Shown: positions 47,330-56,504 of the stretch, in pieces
Layout: every line of letters starts with the position of its first letter
Position numbering within the stretch: position 1 is the first letter of the stretch
Virus record (IMG/VR): IMGVR_UViG_3300020045_009460
Span: 1-63,736 of that record
Direction: 5' to 3' (one strand)
From: a virus
Taxonomy: Duplodnaviria; Caudoviricetes
DNA length: 63,736 nucleotides
Made by a program: the position numbers and the translations under genes
The notes under the pieces: model-generated
The model's input: only the letters and a program-made list of their open reading frames with translations
Told to the model about the DNA's origin: nothing
Databases searched by the model: none

Positions 47330-49027
47330 CTAGATTAGTGAGAATTTTCCTGAGTGCACAGCTTCTTCCACCCATTCCGAGATGTCTTTTTTCTGATTAG
47401 TGGCCTCCATGATAGACCGATCAGCTTTAATATCTAATGTAAGGTCGATAATGCCGATGCCTTGGGTTTTTTCAAGGTTGGTTGCACGCTCCAGACTTTG
47501 AACACGACTTTCATACTGATAATCCATGCTATAGTAAATCATTACATTAGCAGCACTAAGCTCCAGCCCCATCGACCCGCACGTAGGGTTGCCTACAAAG
47601 TATCGCACATCCTCGTTTCCTTGGAATGTTACTCGTGCGTGCGTCCGTTCATCCTCGTTTTGCTTCCCGTAGAATGTAACCGCTGATTCGGGGCCGTACT
47701 TAGCTATTAGAGCATCGCGGATAGCTTCTATTTCAGGCACAAACCGCGCCCATATAACCACTTTTCCGGGTTCCTCCGCCAGTATCTCCATCAATTCGTC
47801 TAGCTTAGGATTAGTTTTAAGTGGGATGGGGATACTAGTCCCGTCCTCTTGGAGAGAGGGGAAAAAACCGCCCGCTATTTGCTGTGCTCGCAACAATAAG
47901 GTCATCGCTGTTTGAACCACTGTTTCGTGGTCGCCCATGGATGTTTCCAGAGTCTTTTGTAGCTCTTTGACCATCTTAATTTGGTCGGGGGTAGGGTCGA
48001 TAGTGCGCTGTGTGAAAGTTTTGTCAGGGAGGTCTACTACATCTGATGTTTTTACGAGATGGGCGTAAGTGGTGATCTTGGCCATCAATTCGTCTACGTT
48101 TTTTACGCCGATTTCCTTTTTCCTCTCAAACCCGCCCATAAGCACGTAACGGTTGCGAAACGCATAAAAGGAATCAAACCCGAGAGTATGGGTTCCTAGA
48201 AATCGGAATTGCGCGAATAGGTCCGAAGGGGATCTTGTCACCTCGGAACCTGTTAGAATTACCCGGAACCCAGCAACCGCACCTAAGTCCCAAAGGGACT
48301 CGGTCCTTAAGCTTTTGTGGTTCTTAATACGGGTCGACTCATCAACACCGATCATCGTGCGAGCGCCGTAGATGCTCACAAATTCGGTAGCCAGTTCTTG
48401 GCCTCCGACAGATGCTTGCCCCTCAACAGACACCACAAGCACTTGCAGTTTTGGCTCCTTCTTGGATGTTTTGTCCTTAATACCGGCCATCCACGCAGCG
48501 ATTTTCTTCTTTTTAGAATCTTTCTTTATGTTTAGCACGTGCAGGTCATATGGGCAAACGGCACGCTTGCCGAATTCTGATTCCCACACCGATTTGATGG
48601 AATTGGGGCATACTATTAATAGAGAATTGATTTGTCCTGCGATAAAACGGCCACATGCCAGCCTGATAGTGGTTGATGTCTTGCGAAGCCGTGGGCGGTG
48701 CAGAATGGCGTACCCTTCGTGATTCCACGCGCGTTTAATAGCGGTTATTTGGTGGTCCAGAAGGCCATTGAATATTATTGCGGGAGGCTCCCCCTCAATC
48801 GTCACCGGAGTGGCCGCGTCGATAATCTCCTGCGCTAATGCTTTGGCCGCATCATCCATGTCATCAGAGAAGCCTGCTATTAACGCCATGGCGTTATCGT
48901 ATGTGGGGGCTACTGCCCATAGTGCGAATTTCTTTTTAAATTCTCTTTTTGGCAGTTCCATTATGCGGTGATTTTCCATGAAACTACATTTAACAGCAAA
49001 CTTACCATTTAACACATTGACTTTCAT
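47330..49027 (-). CDS. SNF2-family helicase-like protein with degenerate ATPase motifs
   Basis: LIVCP, DEST, LTGS, KVVIWARF, GLELSAA; Walker A reads RLRKT. Confidence 0.85.
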   Translation of the reverse strand: MKVNVLNGKFAVKCSFMENHRIMELPKREFKKKFALWAVAPTYDNAMALIAGFSDDMDDAAKALAQEIIDAATPVTIEGEPPAIIFNGLLDHQITAIKRAWNHEGYAILHRPRLRKTSTTIRLACGRFIAGQINSLLIVCPNSIKSVWESEFGKRAVCPYDLHVLNIKKDSKKKKIAAWMAGIKDKTSKKEPKLQVLVVSVEGQASVGGQELATEFVSIYGARTMIGVDESTRIKNHKSLRTESLWDLGAVAGFRVILTGSEVTRSPSDLFAQFRFLGTHTLGFDSFYAFRNRYVLMGGFERKKEIGVKNVDELMAKITTYAHLVKTSDVVDLPDKTFTQRTIDPTPDQIKMVKELQKTLETSMGDHETVVQTAMTLLLRAQQIAGGFFPSLQEDGTSIPIPLKTNPKLDELMEILAEEPGKVVIWARFVPEIEAIRDALIAKYGPESAVTFYGKQNEDERTHARVTFQGNEDVRYFVGNPTCGSMGLELSAANVMIYYSMDYQYESRVQSLERATNLEKTQGIGIIDLTLDIKADRSIMEATNQKKDISEWVEEAVHSGKFSLI

Positions 49028-49058
49028 TATTTCTCCAGATACGGTTGAGCCACTCCCT

Positions 49059-49087
49059 ATTGTAACACAAGGAGTGGCTCTTGTCAA
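49059..49087 (-). promoter_or_regulatory. sigma70 promoter with -10 in a hairpin loop
   Basis: TTGACA-17-TACAAT; 10-bp inverted repeat 49047-49056/49071-49080. Confidence 0.85.
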
Positions 49088-49097
49088 TTGTTTGATA

Positions 49098-49337
49098 TCA
49101 CTCGTCGGGGATCAGACCCTTCGTATCACATCGTTGTTCTGCTACTTTCAATTGGCACATCACCACTTCATATCGGCCCTTCATATTGCCGCCCGATTTT
49201 TTGATGGTGATAGATGTACCATCATCCATCTTAGTGTGCATCTCCGGGGAGTCGCTTGTACTTCTAATTACGTTTACAGTGGTGACCACGACAACAGCGA
49301 CAATTAAGATATCTCGGATCTTGTCGATGTTTTTCAT
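49098..49337 (-). CDS. Membrane-anchored hypothetical protein
   Basis: N-terminal TM. Confidence 0.55.
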   Translation of the reverse strand: MKNIDKIRDILIVAVVVVTTVNVIRSTSDSPEMHTKMDDGTSITIKKSGGNMKGRYEVVMCQLKVAEQRCDTKGLIPDE

Positions 49338-49612
49338 TTCTTAACACCGGCTAGTGACCAAATCAACGCGATGAGCCAAAATACGATAGACAGGAAAGCC
49401 GAGATAATTACGCCGAGACCCGCCGCCAATGATGAACCATGGCTCATATGGCCCGCGTAAACAATAACGGTGGTGTACCCGGCCATTATCCCTACACTGA
49501 GGAGTATTACCACAGTGATGGCCATTTTGCTTTGATGCTTGCGTTTAAATGCAATCAGCACCGGGGCAATCCACACTACTAAACAAGCTAAACAAATAAT
49601 CAATACAGACAT
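49334..49612 (-). CDS. Superinfection immunity protein (T4 Imm family)
   Basis: P..IA..RKH....I...W..ALIWS. Confidence 0.75.
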   Translation of the reverse strand: MSVLIICLACLVVWIAPVLIAFKRKHQSKMAITVVILLSVGIMAGYTTVIVYAGHMSHGSSLAAGLGVIISAFLSIVFWLIALIWSLAGVKK

Positions 49613-49650
49613 TTTGTTCTCCAATAGGCCCCGTAGGGCCTTAAGTTAAA

Positions 49651-50112
49651 TTAACGTACGAAGTAGTCGCCCTTAGGCTGGTTGTAGAAAAACTTGAATT
49701 CACCATCGATCTTTTGGGCGAATTTAAAACGTGCCGATTTTGGCCACACCAGAAAGTTCTCAGCAGCAGCCGACATATCCATTTCAATCTCTGCCATGCA
49801 TTCACCATCTTCATCTAAGATGGTTTTGGCGTGCTTGTCGTCATCCGTGGTGTCCATTGCAATTTTAATACTAGTCACCGCATCACGCACTTGATCAGAG
49901 GTGATATCACCGCGACGTGCTGCGCCGCGCAAAAGGTTGGCACCGGTCATAGAGCGACGACCTTTATCAAGATGAGCGTAGTTGGCCGGGTCTTTGTTCA
50001 ACAGCTGGCATGCTACCATCATGCGAAGCTCGCCATCAATCGCCATCACTAGCGCGGTTACTGCGAAATCAGATTCAGTGTGGATTTTGGTGCCTTGGCC
50101 TTTAGCGCTCAT
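49651..50112 (-). CDS. Unknown protein, YxHL-G-MTxxN paralogue 3
   Basis: NYAHLDKGRRSMTGANLLR. Confidence 0.75.
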   Translation of the reverse strand: MSAKGQGTKIHTESDFAVTALVMAIDGELRMMVACQLLNKDPANYAHLDKGRRSMTGANLLRGAARRGDITSDQVRDAVTSIKIAMDTTDDDKHAKTILDEDGECMAEIEMDMSAAAENFLVWPKSARFKFAQKIDGEFKFFYNQPKGDYFVR

Positions 50113-50179
50113 TTTGATGTCTCTCTATTTCCGGTTGGTCGGGAACCGTTCCCGCCGTTCACTACTGAACGATAAAATT

Positions 50180-50208
50180 ATTATATCATATCTTTAACTT
50201 TGTGTCAA
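50180..50208 (-). promoter_or_regulatory. sigma70 promoter
   Basis: TTGACA-17-TATAAT with TGn. Confidence 0.9.
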
Positions 50209-50712
50209 TTATTTCGTTTTATTGGGGATCATTCCGCTTATCGAGTGGTGATTTTGGTCACGCTCGCGATGCATTACTTGCATTACGGGGTAGGGCTTTC
50301 CATAGTACATTGTCGTAGACTCCTTGGTCATTACGCCCCAAAGGATTGGTTTAGGCCCCGCTTCGCTTTCCTCGGCTTGCCTCTCCCACTTGGCGATATC
50401 CTCTTCCGGAAAGTACTCCGGGAAAGATAGGTCCGATGCCGGGTCGTGCTGTAGGCCACCTGACTTTTCCTGACTTTCCCGGTTGAAATCGGAGGGCCGG
50501 GCTGCTATGATGGTGGCGGTGGCGGCTTTGATGGCGTCCATAAGCTCCGGTTTCTTGGCCACCGCTAGGCGCAGCAGATTCCCCCCAGTCATAGCTTTAC
50601 GCCCGCGATCTAAGTGTGCGTACGATTTTGGCTCCTTGCCCAATAGGTCACATGCAATTTGAATTTTTTCCTCGGCTACGAGGTCGGCGATAATAGTTTT
50701 AAGGTCTGTCAT
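50209..50712 (-). CDS. Unknown protein, YxHL-G-MTxxN paralogue 2
   Basis: SYAHLDRGRKAMTGGNLLR. Confidence 0.75.
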   Translation of the reverse strand: MTDLKTIIADLVAEEKIQIACDLLGKEPKSYAHLDRGRKAMTGGNLLRLAVAKKPELMDAIKAATATIIAARPSDFNRESQEKSGGLQHDPASDLSFPEYFPEEDIAKWERQAEESEAGPKPILWGVMTKESTTMYYGKPYPVMQVMHRERDQNHHSISGMIPNKTK

Positions 50713-50742
50713 AATGCACCAATATGGAAATAACGTGAGATT

Positions 50743-50771
50743 ATTATAACATGGCTAGGGAGGAGGCGCAA
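50743..50771 (-). promoter_or_regulatory. sigma70 promoter
   Basis: TTGCGC-17-TATAAT with TGn. Confidence 0.75.
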
Positions 50772-50780
50772 GTACTGCAT

Positions 50781-50811
50781 AAAAAGAAGCCCCGAAGGAT
50801 TCCGGGGCTTT
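50781..50811 (-). terminator. Intrinsic terminator
   Basis: AAGCCCCGGA-ATCC-TTCGGGGCTT followed by CTTTTT. Confidence 0.85.
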
Positions 50812-51007
50812 GATAGAGAGGTCAATTAGTTGATTTACATAATGTGCCCCTTGGTTTGTTACAGTGTTTTCGTGTTTACTGATAAGCGCCAAATGCTCTA
50901 ACTGGTCAACATCTTCTTCGATACTATAGCCAAAACACTTGGCGCTTATTGGTCAGGGGCTTCACACCCCCTAGGCACTTACTCTGTGCTAGAGTCGGAG
51001 AGATCGG
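50781..51007 (-). ncRNA. Putative structured RNA / 3' UTR-derived sRNA
   Basis: 22-bp stem (50928-50949 with 50882-50903) with 5 G-U pairs that form only on the - strand. Confidence 0.55.
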
Positions 51008-51793
51008 TTATTCAGCTTCTTTAAGCTCAGATTGAAGATCGACATTTTCAGCGGCTGTTTCGGTAGCCTGAGCTTTCAGCAATTTTTCAGCTGCGGCTGC
51101 TTGCGCTTTAGCGGCTTTTGCATCTGCGGCGGCCTGCGCTTTAGCGGCTTTTTCTTTCGCCTTTGCGGCTGCCTTAGCTGCTTTCTCATCCAATTCTTCT
51201 TGGATTTTAGCAGCGCGGGCGTCTGCCTTGATCTTGTCTTTTGCTGCTTTTTCAGCGGCTGCAGTTGCTGCCTTTTCGGCTTTAGCTGCTTCGCGGGCCG
51301 CTTTTTTATTAGCCGCTTCTTCTTTTTTGGCTGCTTTAGCGTCGGCCTTTGCCTGCAGAGCGGTTGCTTTAGCTTCCACGTCTGCTTGCTTTTTGTTGGC
51401 TTTGGCCAGCTCACGTGCTTCTTTTTCGCGCTCAACTTTCAGAGCGTAATTTTCGCGGTCAGCAGCGGCCACTTCGCGCACTGCATCGAGCACTGATTGG
51501 AATGAAGCGCCCAAAGTTTCGTCACGGCGAAGAACGTTACGAATCACATTGCCGAGGGTCATACGCTGTTGGCCGGGATTGAGATGCTCATACTTAGTAA
51601 CATCAACGCCCAAAGCGTCGGCGGCCAGTGATTTGATGTGGTCCAGATTCAGACCGGTCAAAGCACGTGCAACTTGGTCGCCGCAATGGTAAGAAACACT
51701 GCCTGATGCTGACTTGGTGCGGGTCATGTTGTCGATGGGCAGGCTGATGCGTGCGCCCTTGCGCTGGTCTTGTTCGGTTTGTACATTTTCCAT
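51008..51793 (-). CDS. Unknown protein, YxHL-G-MTxxN paralogue 1, with Ala/Lys-rich tail
   Basis: KYEHLNPGQQRMTLGNVIR; GAGG RBS; AKAAK repeats. Confidence 0.8.
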   Translation of the reverse strand: MENVQTEQDQRKGARISLPIDNMTRTKSASGSVSYHCGDQVARALTGLNLDHIKSLAADALGVDVTKYEHLNPGQQRMTLGNVIRNVLRRDETLGASFQSVLDAVREVAAADRENYALKVEREKEARELAKANKKQADVEAKATALQAKADAKAAKKEEAANKKAAREAAKAEKAATAAAEKAAKDKIKADARAAKIQEELDEKAAKAAAKAKEKAAKAQAAADAKAAKAQAAAAEKLLKAQATETAAENVDLQSELKEAE

Positions 51794-51853
51794 TTTTATA
51801 TCCTCAAATTTAGGGAGAAAGGGGGCAGGCTTCCCCTCCCCCTCAGTAATATA

Positions 51854-51882
51854 ATTATACCACAGCCACTGCTGTGCGTCAA
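51854..51882 (-). promoter_or_regulatory. sigma70 promoter
   Basis: TTGACG-17-TATAAT; spacer CACAGC-AGTG-GCTGTG. Confidence 0.85.
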
Positions 51883-51894
51883 GTATCGCGTGAC

Positions 51895-53202
51895 CTAATT
51901 CCGCGATACGACATACAGCTTCTTCGCGGCCCGCGTCGCGCCGGTGTACCCCCATTGTCGACTAGAATCTCTGAATATGTGGCTGTCGTCAAAAAGCAGC
52001 ACAGTGGCCCATTCTGATCCCTGCGCCTTGTGCACAGTTATTGCATACCCCCATGTGGCTAAAACAGAATCCCATCGCACATTAATTGGTAAATCATCTC
52101 TGTTTTTTATATCCTGCACAAAACATGTTATATGCACCGGGACGCCCGGAACTCTTTCTAACTCTTTCGTATCTTTTGATGGCGCGTACTCGATCAAGTC
52201 TAGCAGTGCGTAGTCCCCTTCTACTTCCACCGCTTCAACTGTCCATAGGCTCCCATTCGTCACGCCATACTCTTTGCTGTTCGACACACAACAAATTTTT
52301 TCGCCGATGTTAGGTACGAATCCCCAGTAGCCTAGGAGCTTTCGCATATGCTTGTTTAATTCGCGCCTTTTATCGTGGATGCCGCATAGCACCTGCTGGC
52401 AATTGAACCAAGACGGGTCGGCCTTGCGCCGCACTTCGTAGTCAATCCCTTTCGGCTTGTCATTGAATTTACCGCCCAGTCTGACGTGGGCTGCAATCTC
52501 TAGGATGTCGCCGTCAGTACGCAATACTTTTTTCAGCAGAACGTCGGGTCTTTTTGGGTCAAAGAATGGCCAATCCCCAACTGGAGGTAATTGGCCGGGG
52601 TCGCCAATGCCGATGATAGGCAATCCGATAAATTCTAAATCCTCGCCCATGGTCTTACCCACCATTGACGCTTCATCCACTACAATACAGTCATATTGCG
52701 CTACTTTTTCGCGTATCTCACGCCACTCCCGGCGCATAAATCCTATAGAACTACGAGCTACCGGCAGGGGCGGCCTTTCCGATGGCGGGACGCCTGCTTC
52801 TACTGCATTTAAGTATTCTTTCTGCATCGCAATGCCCTCAGGGCTAAGTAACGCCCCGCTATCATCGACGTCATACAGAACACTGTGTATGGTAGCACAT
52901 GGCACACATCCCTTGGATGCCAATACCGTTACTGCGCGATTGGTGAATGAGACATAGAGTGGATTAAGCCCTAATTTTCTGATGGCGACGCTACATGTCG
53001 TTTTACCAGTACCAGCCAAACCGTATAATCTAAAAACCGGGGGCTTGTTTGTGTACTGTTTACATTTTACCTTCGCTACTCTCAGCCATTCTTCCAGCTT
53101 GATCATACCAGCTTTCTGGTCTTGGGTAAGAGGATATCCTGACACCAACATGGCGTCCAGCTTCTCGCTAATGCTGAGATTATTAATAATTAAACTTGTC
53201 AT
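51895..53202 (-). CDS. Dda/RecD-like SF1B helicase
   Basis: GLAGTGKT, VDEASMV, GDPGQLPPV, TVHKAQGSEW, YTGATRA. Confidence 0.92.
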   Translation of the reverse strand: MTSLIINNLSISEKLDAMLVSGYPLTQDQKAGMIKLEEWLRVAKVKCKQYTNKPPVFRLYGLAGTGKTTCSVAIRKLGLNPLYVSFTNRAVTVLASKGCVPCATIHSVLYDVDDSGALLSPEGIAMQKEYLNAVEAGVPPSERPPLPVARSSIGFMRREWREIREKVAQYDCIVVDEASMVGKTMGEDLEFIGLPIIGIGDPGQLPPVGDWPFFDPKRPDVLLKKVLRTDGDILEIAAHVRLGGKFNDKPKGIDYEVRRKADPSWFNCQQVLCGIHDKRRELNKHMRKLLGYWGFVPNIGEKICCVSNSKEYGVTNGSLWTVEAVEVEGDYALLDLIEYAPSKDTKELERVPGVPVHITCFVQDIKNRDDLPINVRWDSVLATWGYAITVHKAQGSEWATVLLFDDSHIFRDSSRQWGYTGATRAAKKLYVVSRN

Positions 53203-53253
53203 TTTTCCCCTCAGGGTCAGTAAAAACGGGAACCCCGTAGAGTTCCCTTGTGA

Positions 53254-53541
53254 TTAATGCGATACACCTAAACTTTGGATTACCGGGCTTCCTTTCATCA
53301 AGTTGTTCATGCGCTTAATTGACTCTTGCAACCCGAACACCATGTACCTCAGAGTGCCTAAGCACTCCATGTTGTTCTTATCGATAGTAAGATCGACATC
53401 AGGGTCACTTGAGGGGAGTTGGGCCAGACACGGCTCCCCCATCAGGTCGCTTGATACTGTTAGCTGCATTGGCTGCTTCGGTTCTGATGCGCAACCGCTC
53501 AACATCAGGAGGACAATATATACGACCGGGAGTTTTAACAT
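53254..53541 (-). CDS. o-spanin (Rz1-like lipoprotein)
   Basis: Lipobox LSGC; overlaps the 3' end of the Rz-like gene in another frame. Confidence 0.75.
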   Translation of the reverse strand: MLKLPVVYIVLLMLSGCASEPKQPMQLTVSSDLMGEPCLAQLPSSDPDVDLTIDKNNMECLGTLRYMVFGLQESIKRMNNLMKGSPVIQSLGVSH

Positions 53542-53788
53542 ATTTGATGATATCTCCATCAAGTTTCTGATTTGATGAGGTCATGGCTGCTTTGGCCTCA
53601 CCGAGTTTTTCGTACACGCCTGAAAGGTCAGACTGCGCTTCCTGCACCTTGACTATCGTGGCGGCGTTCTTGGTAAGTTCCTTGCTGTCCGCGTGCCAAC
53701 TACAGGCCATCCATCCGGACCCGAACAACACAGCGCTATAGAAAATAGCCGCTGCTACGCAAAGTAAAACTTTATATAATCCAGTCAA
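53405..53788 (-). CDS. i-spanin (Rz-like)
   Basis: N-terminal TM (GW...W), coiled coil, IIKYVK....C. Confidence 0.75.
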   Translation of the reverse strand: MTGLYKVLLCVAAAIFYSAVLFGSGWMACSWHADSKELTKNAATIVKVQEAQSDLSGVYEKLGEAKAAMTSSNQKLDGDIIKYVKTPGRIYCPPDVERLRIRTEAANAANSIKRPDGGAVSGPTPLK

Positions 53789-53880
53789 TTGATAACCTCC
53801 TACTTAAATTATGAATGGCTTCACCACTCGCCGTCTTTCTCCACTGTTTCCGTCAATGCCTCACTTAGTTAAGAACCGAT

Positions 53881-53909
53881 ATTTTAGCACATCCGTGTGC
53901 TTATGTCAA
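53881..53909 (-). promoter_or_regulatory. sigma70 promoter
   Basis: TTGACA-17-TAAAAT; spacer GCACA-CGGA-TGTGC. Confidence 0.85.
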
Positions 53910-53912
53910 TGA

Positions 53913-56504
53913 CTAGAAGTCCTGTTCTTTGTCTACGTCATATCCTTCGAACTTATCTTTGTCCTCTGTGTCAAGTTCTTCGATAAGTTCTGGAATCCAT
54001 GCTCTCAGGCAGTCCCTCATAGTGGCGCAGGTAGGCCACACAATAGTGCTTTTATTTTTAGGCTTGACCAACTGGCACGCAAAATCATTCAGCAGCCTAT
54101 CTCGGAATGTTTGCACTGGCTCTGCCCGCCATTCACTATTGCGCTGGCGATTACTATGCACCCAAGCCACGTACGCCTCATAGAAGTCCCCCATCCGGCT
54201 GCGACCGCCCCAGCCCTCACCGGTGCTGTTGCCGTCATCATTTTCTTCGATGTCAAACCCTTTCACCATGTGGTAATACAAATACGCCACTAATGAATCA
54301 CATCGCATCATCCGAGTGTCCGCCATGTCAGCTTTCTCTTTGGTGGTCAGCGATGTCCGGGCTGCTTCGAAGTCCACTTCCCAGTTCAACAGCATGTGCA
54401 ATAATTTAGCTGGGCCGTCTCCTTTCATTTCGGTGGCCAACTCCTTGAAATAGAGTCGTGCTTCTTTGTCTACTTCTTTGTCGGCGTCCCGATTTTCCTT
54501 GCTGAATTTATTATCTGTTTTCATAACCGTCCACCGCCTATCACCTCGCTCAACTGCCACCGGCTCATTTTCATTTGATAAAGCCACCAAAAACATCACA
54601 TTCTGAGCGTCTCTAGCGGCTTTCCCTTTCCCCTCCTCGCGCATGGTCTGAGCTGATATTAGTGATTTCAGCTTATTGCGCAGTTTTGGGTCGCCTGTGA
54701 AAATGGCCTCATCGGCGCATATCATAAATTTACCAACCAATTCTTCCGAGAATCGGGACGCCAGAGCATCATCATTATGCAGGTACTTGTAGTTAAGTTC
54801 ACCTAGCGCATTACCGACATATTCAGCCAAAATCGATTTACCCGATCCTTGGTCTCCGGTGATAGCTAAGGCGGTAGGTACTACTGTGTCCCCAAATTGT
54901 ACCATATAGGCCAGTCGGTTCATGACCCAAAAAGAGCGGTCAGAGTCTCCTGAGCACACTATTTCATTCAGGTGCCTTAAAAACATGATGGGAACACCTT
55001 CTATCGGCCTCACCTTGTAACCGGGGAATAGATTAAGCACGCCGTTGGGACATCGGCTGTTTTCGATATAGAACCCTGCGGATGCATAAGATATACGAGC
55101 CGGGTTCTGCAGCCACACGTCGAACAGGTCCTTGGTCACTATCTTCCCGTTCTGGAGCTGCATTTCTACTTTGTACCCTGCAGCCATTAGCTTGATTTGC
55201 ATGATAGACACTTCGGACACTTTGGCGTATCCGTGTTTCATCTTGCCTTCATCAGTCAGAGCATATCTTGTCTTAAATACAGTCATTGCAGGTATGAACA
55301 CTGGGGGCAGCATCCTCCGGTCCGGAGTCTTGCCCCGTTTAACCATGTCCACCATCCAGCGGTCAGGATCAATCACGGCAAATGACCGGTTCATCATCCG
55401 CACCGCCTTTGATATGTCTAACTTTGTCGCCCCGCGTTTAGGGTTCACCCACCCACATAGCTCAGCAAAGTAGTAAAGCGTTGATATGTTAGCGCCACCC
55501 GCTTTCTTGGAGCTGCCACGATTCCAAAAATCCAAGTTCATGGCGTGGTCATACTCTTCCGGGTCGCGGGCGCTCCACCTATCCAGAACATCGAAGCCAT
55601 CGTCCGTGTCATGTTCCGACTTAATGGCGAAACAAATATCTTGCCACCAATCCTCATGCTCCGCCGGGTCAATACAATCCAGCATATCGGATATCTGGTC
55701 AAGTGGCGTAATGCAAAACGCAGGACCGGCTGTCTCGGCTATGTCAGCCCCCGCTTGTGCGTTTTGGGATGAGGTACGCGTGCTGGTTCCTACGTTGAAT
55801 ATCGCCTCAAACAGCCAGTCAGGCATTTCTGCTACTTCTGACAGCTCGATAGCGTCATACATAGTATAACACTTAGAGAAGGGTGCCATTACGTGGCCGT
55901 TGTCAGCACGGAAATCAACACCGGGGGCGAACTTGTTCTTGTTGCTCTTTGCGGGGATGTCCTCACGCCACCTGAAATAGATATGCATGCCTTGGCCAGA
56001 CTCACCGCCAGTACGCACTTTGAACGTCTCTATTGGTTCATGGCCCTCCGACACCTTATTGAACCAAATGAAGCCGTCCTCGGCTACGTTTCCGTCAGCG
56101 TCTAGTTTGACATCCAAGTCTAAAACTATTACACCGGACCCCTCGCCGGTAGCCAGACAGATATTGCATCCCCGATACTTCCCGCTTGCAGGGTTCCACC
56201 AGCTATCTATCTCACCTTGTGCATATGAGGCTTTTTCGTACTGATTACTGAATGCAGGAGCTTTGCCGCCCCACATCTGATAATCACGCTGTTTCATCTC
56301 CTGCTTGCGACCTTCTGCTTTAGCGCGCCTTTTATCCTCGGCGTACGCAGCCAGCGCAGTCTCTAGCTTATCCTTATCGAATGGTTTGGAGGGGAACAGT
56401 CTCAACCCAAGTGACGCCAGTCTAACTGCCGCTTGATATACCTGTTGCGACCGGTCGGATATATCTACCAGCTCGTCATATTGCTCTTCATTAAGAATGT
56501 GCAT
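53913..56504 (-). CDS. Primase-polymerase/PriCT-2/SF3 helicase fusion
   Basis: VLDLD...G.HIYF...GVDFRA (AEP); D.WS...Y (PriCT-2); GDQGSGKS, ADEA, LSN, DRRW. Confidence 0.9.
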   Translation of the reverse strand: MHILNEEQYDELVDISDRSQQVYQAAVRLASLGLRLFPSKPFDKDKLETALAAYAEDKRRAKAEGRKQEMKQRDYQMWGGKAPAFSNQYEKASYAQGEIDSWWNPASGKYRGCNICLATGEGSGVIVLDLDVKLDADGNVAEDGFIWFNKVSEGHEPIETFKVRTGGESGQGMHIYFRWREDIPAKSNKNKFAPGVDFRADNGHVMAPFSKCYTMYDAIELSEVAEMPDWLFEAIFNVGTSTRTSSQNAQAGADIAETAGPAFCITPLDQISDMLDCIDPAEHEDWWQDICFAIKSEHDTDDGFDVLDRWSARDPEEYDHAMNLDFWNRGSSKKAGGANISTLYYFAELCGWVNPKRGATKLDISKAVRMMNRSFAVIDPDRWMVDMVKRGKTPDRRMLPPVFIPAMTVFKTRYALTDEGKMKHGYAKVSEVSIMQIKLMAAGYKVEMQLQNGKIVTKDLFDVWLQNPARISYASAGFYIENSRCPNGVLNLFPGYKVRPIEGVPIMFLRHLNEIVCSGDSDRSFWVMNRLAYMVQFGDTVVPTALAITGDQGSGKSILAEYVGNALGELNYKYLHNDDALASRFSEELVGKFMICADEAIFTGDPKLRNKLKSLISAQTMREEGKGKAARDAQNVMFLVALSNENEPVAVERGDRRWTVMKTDNKFSKENRDADKEVDKEARLYFKELATEMKGDGPAKLLHMLLNWEVDFEAARTSLTTKEKADMADTRMMRCDSLVAYLYYHMVKGFDIEENDDGNSTGEGWGGRSRMGDFYEAYVAWVHSNRQRNSEWRAEPVQTFRDRLLNDFACQLVKPKNKSTIVWPTCATMRDCLRAWIPELIEELDTEDKDKFEGYDVDKEQDF

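Noticed and set aside
50950-51007. tRNA gene in the intergenic hairpins
   Set aside because: No T-loop GTTCRA or cloverleaf; no tRNA recognised anywhere by eye (tRNAscan-SE would confirm)
51008-51450. TolA or tape-measure homology
   Set aside because: Low-complexity Ala/Lys composition only; no TM anchor and wrong context
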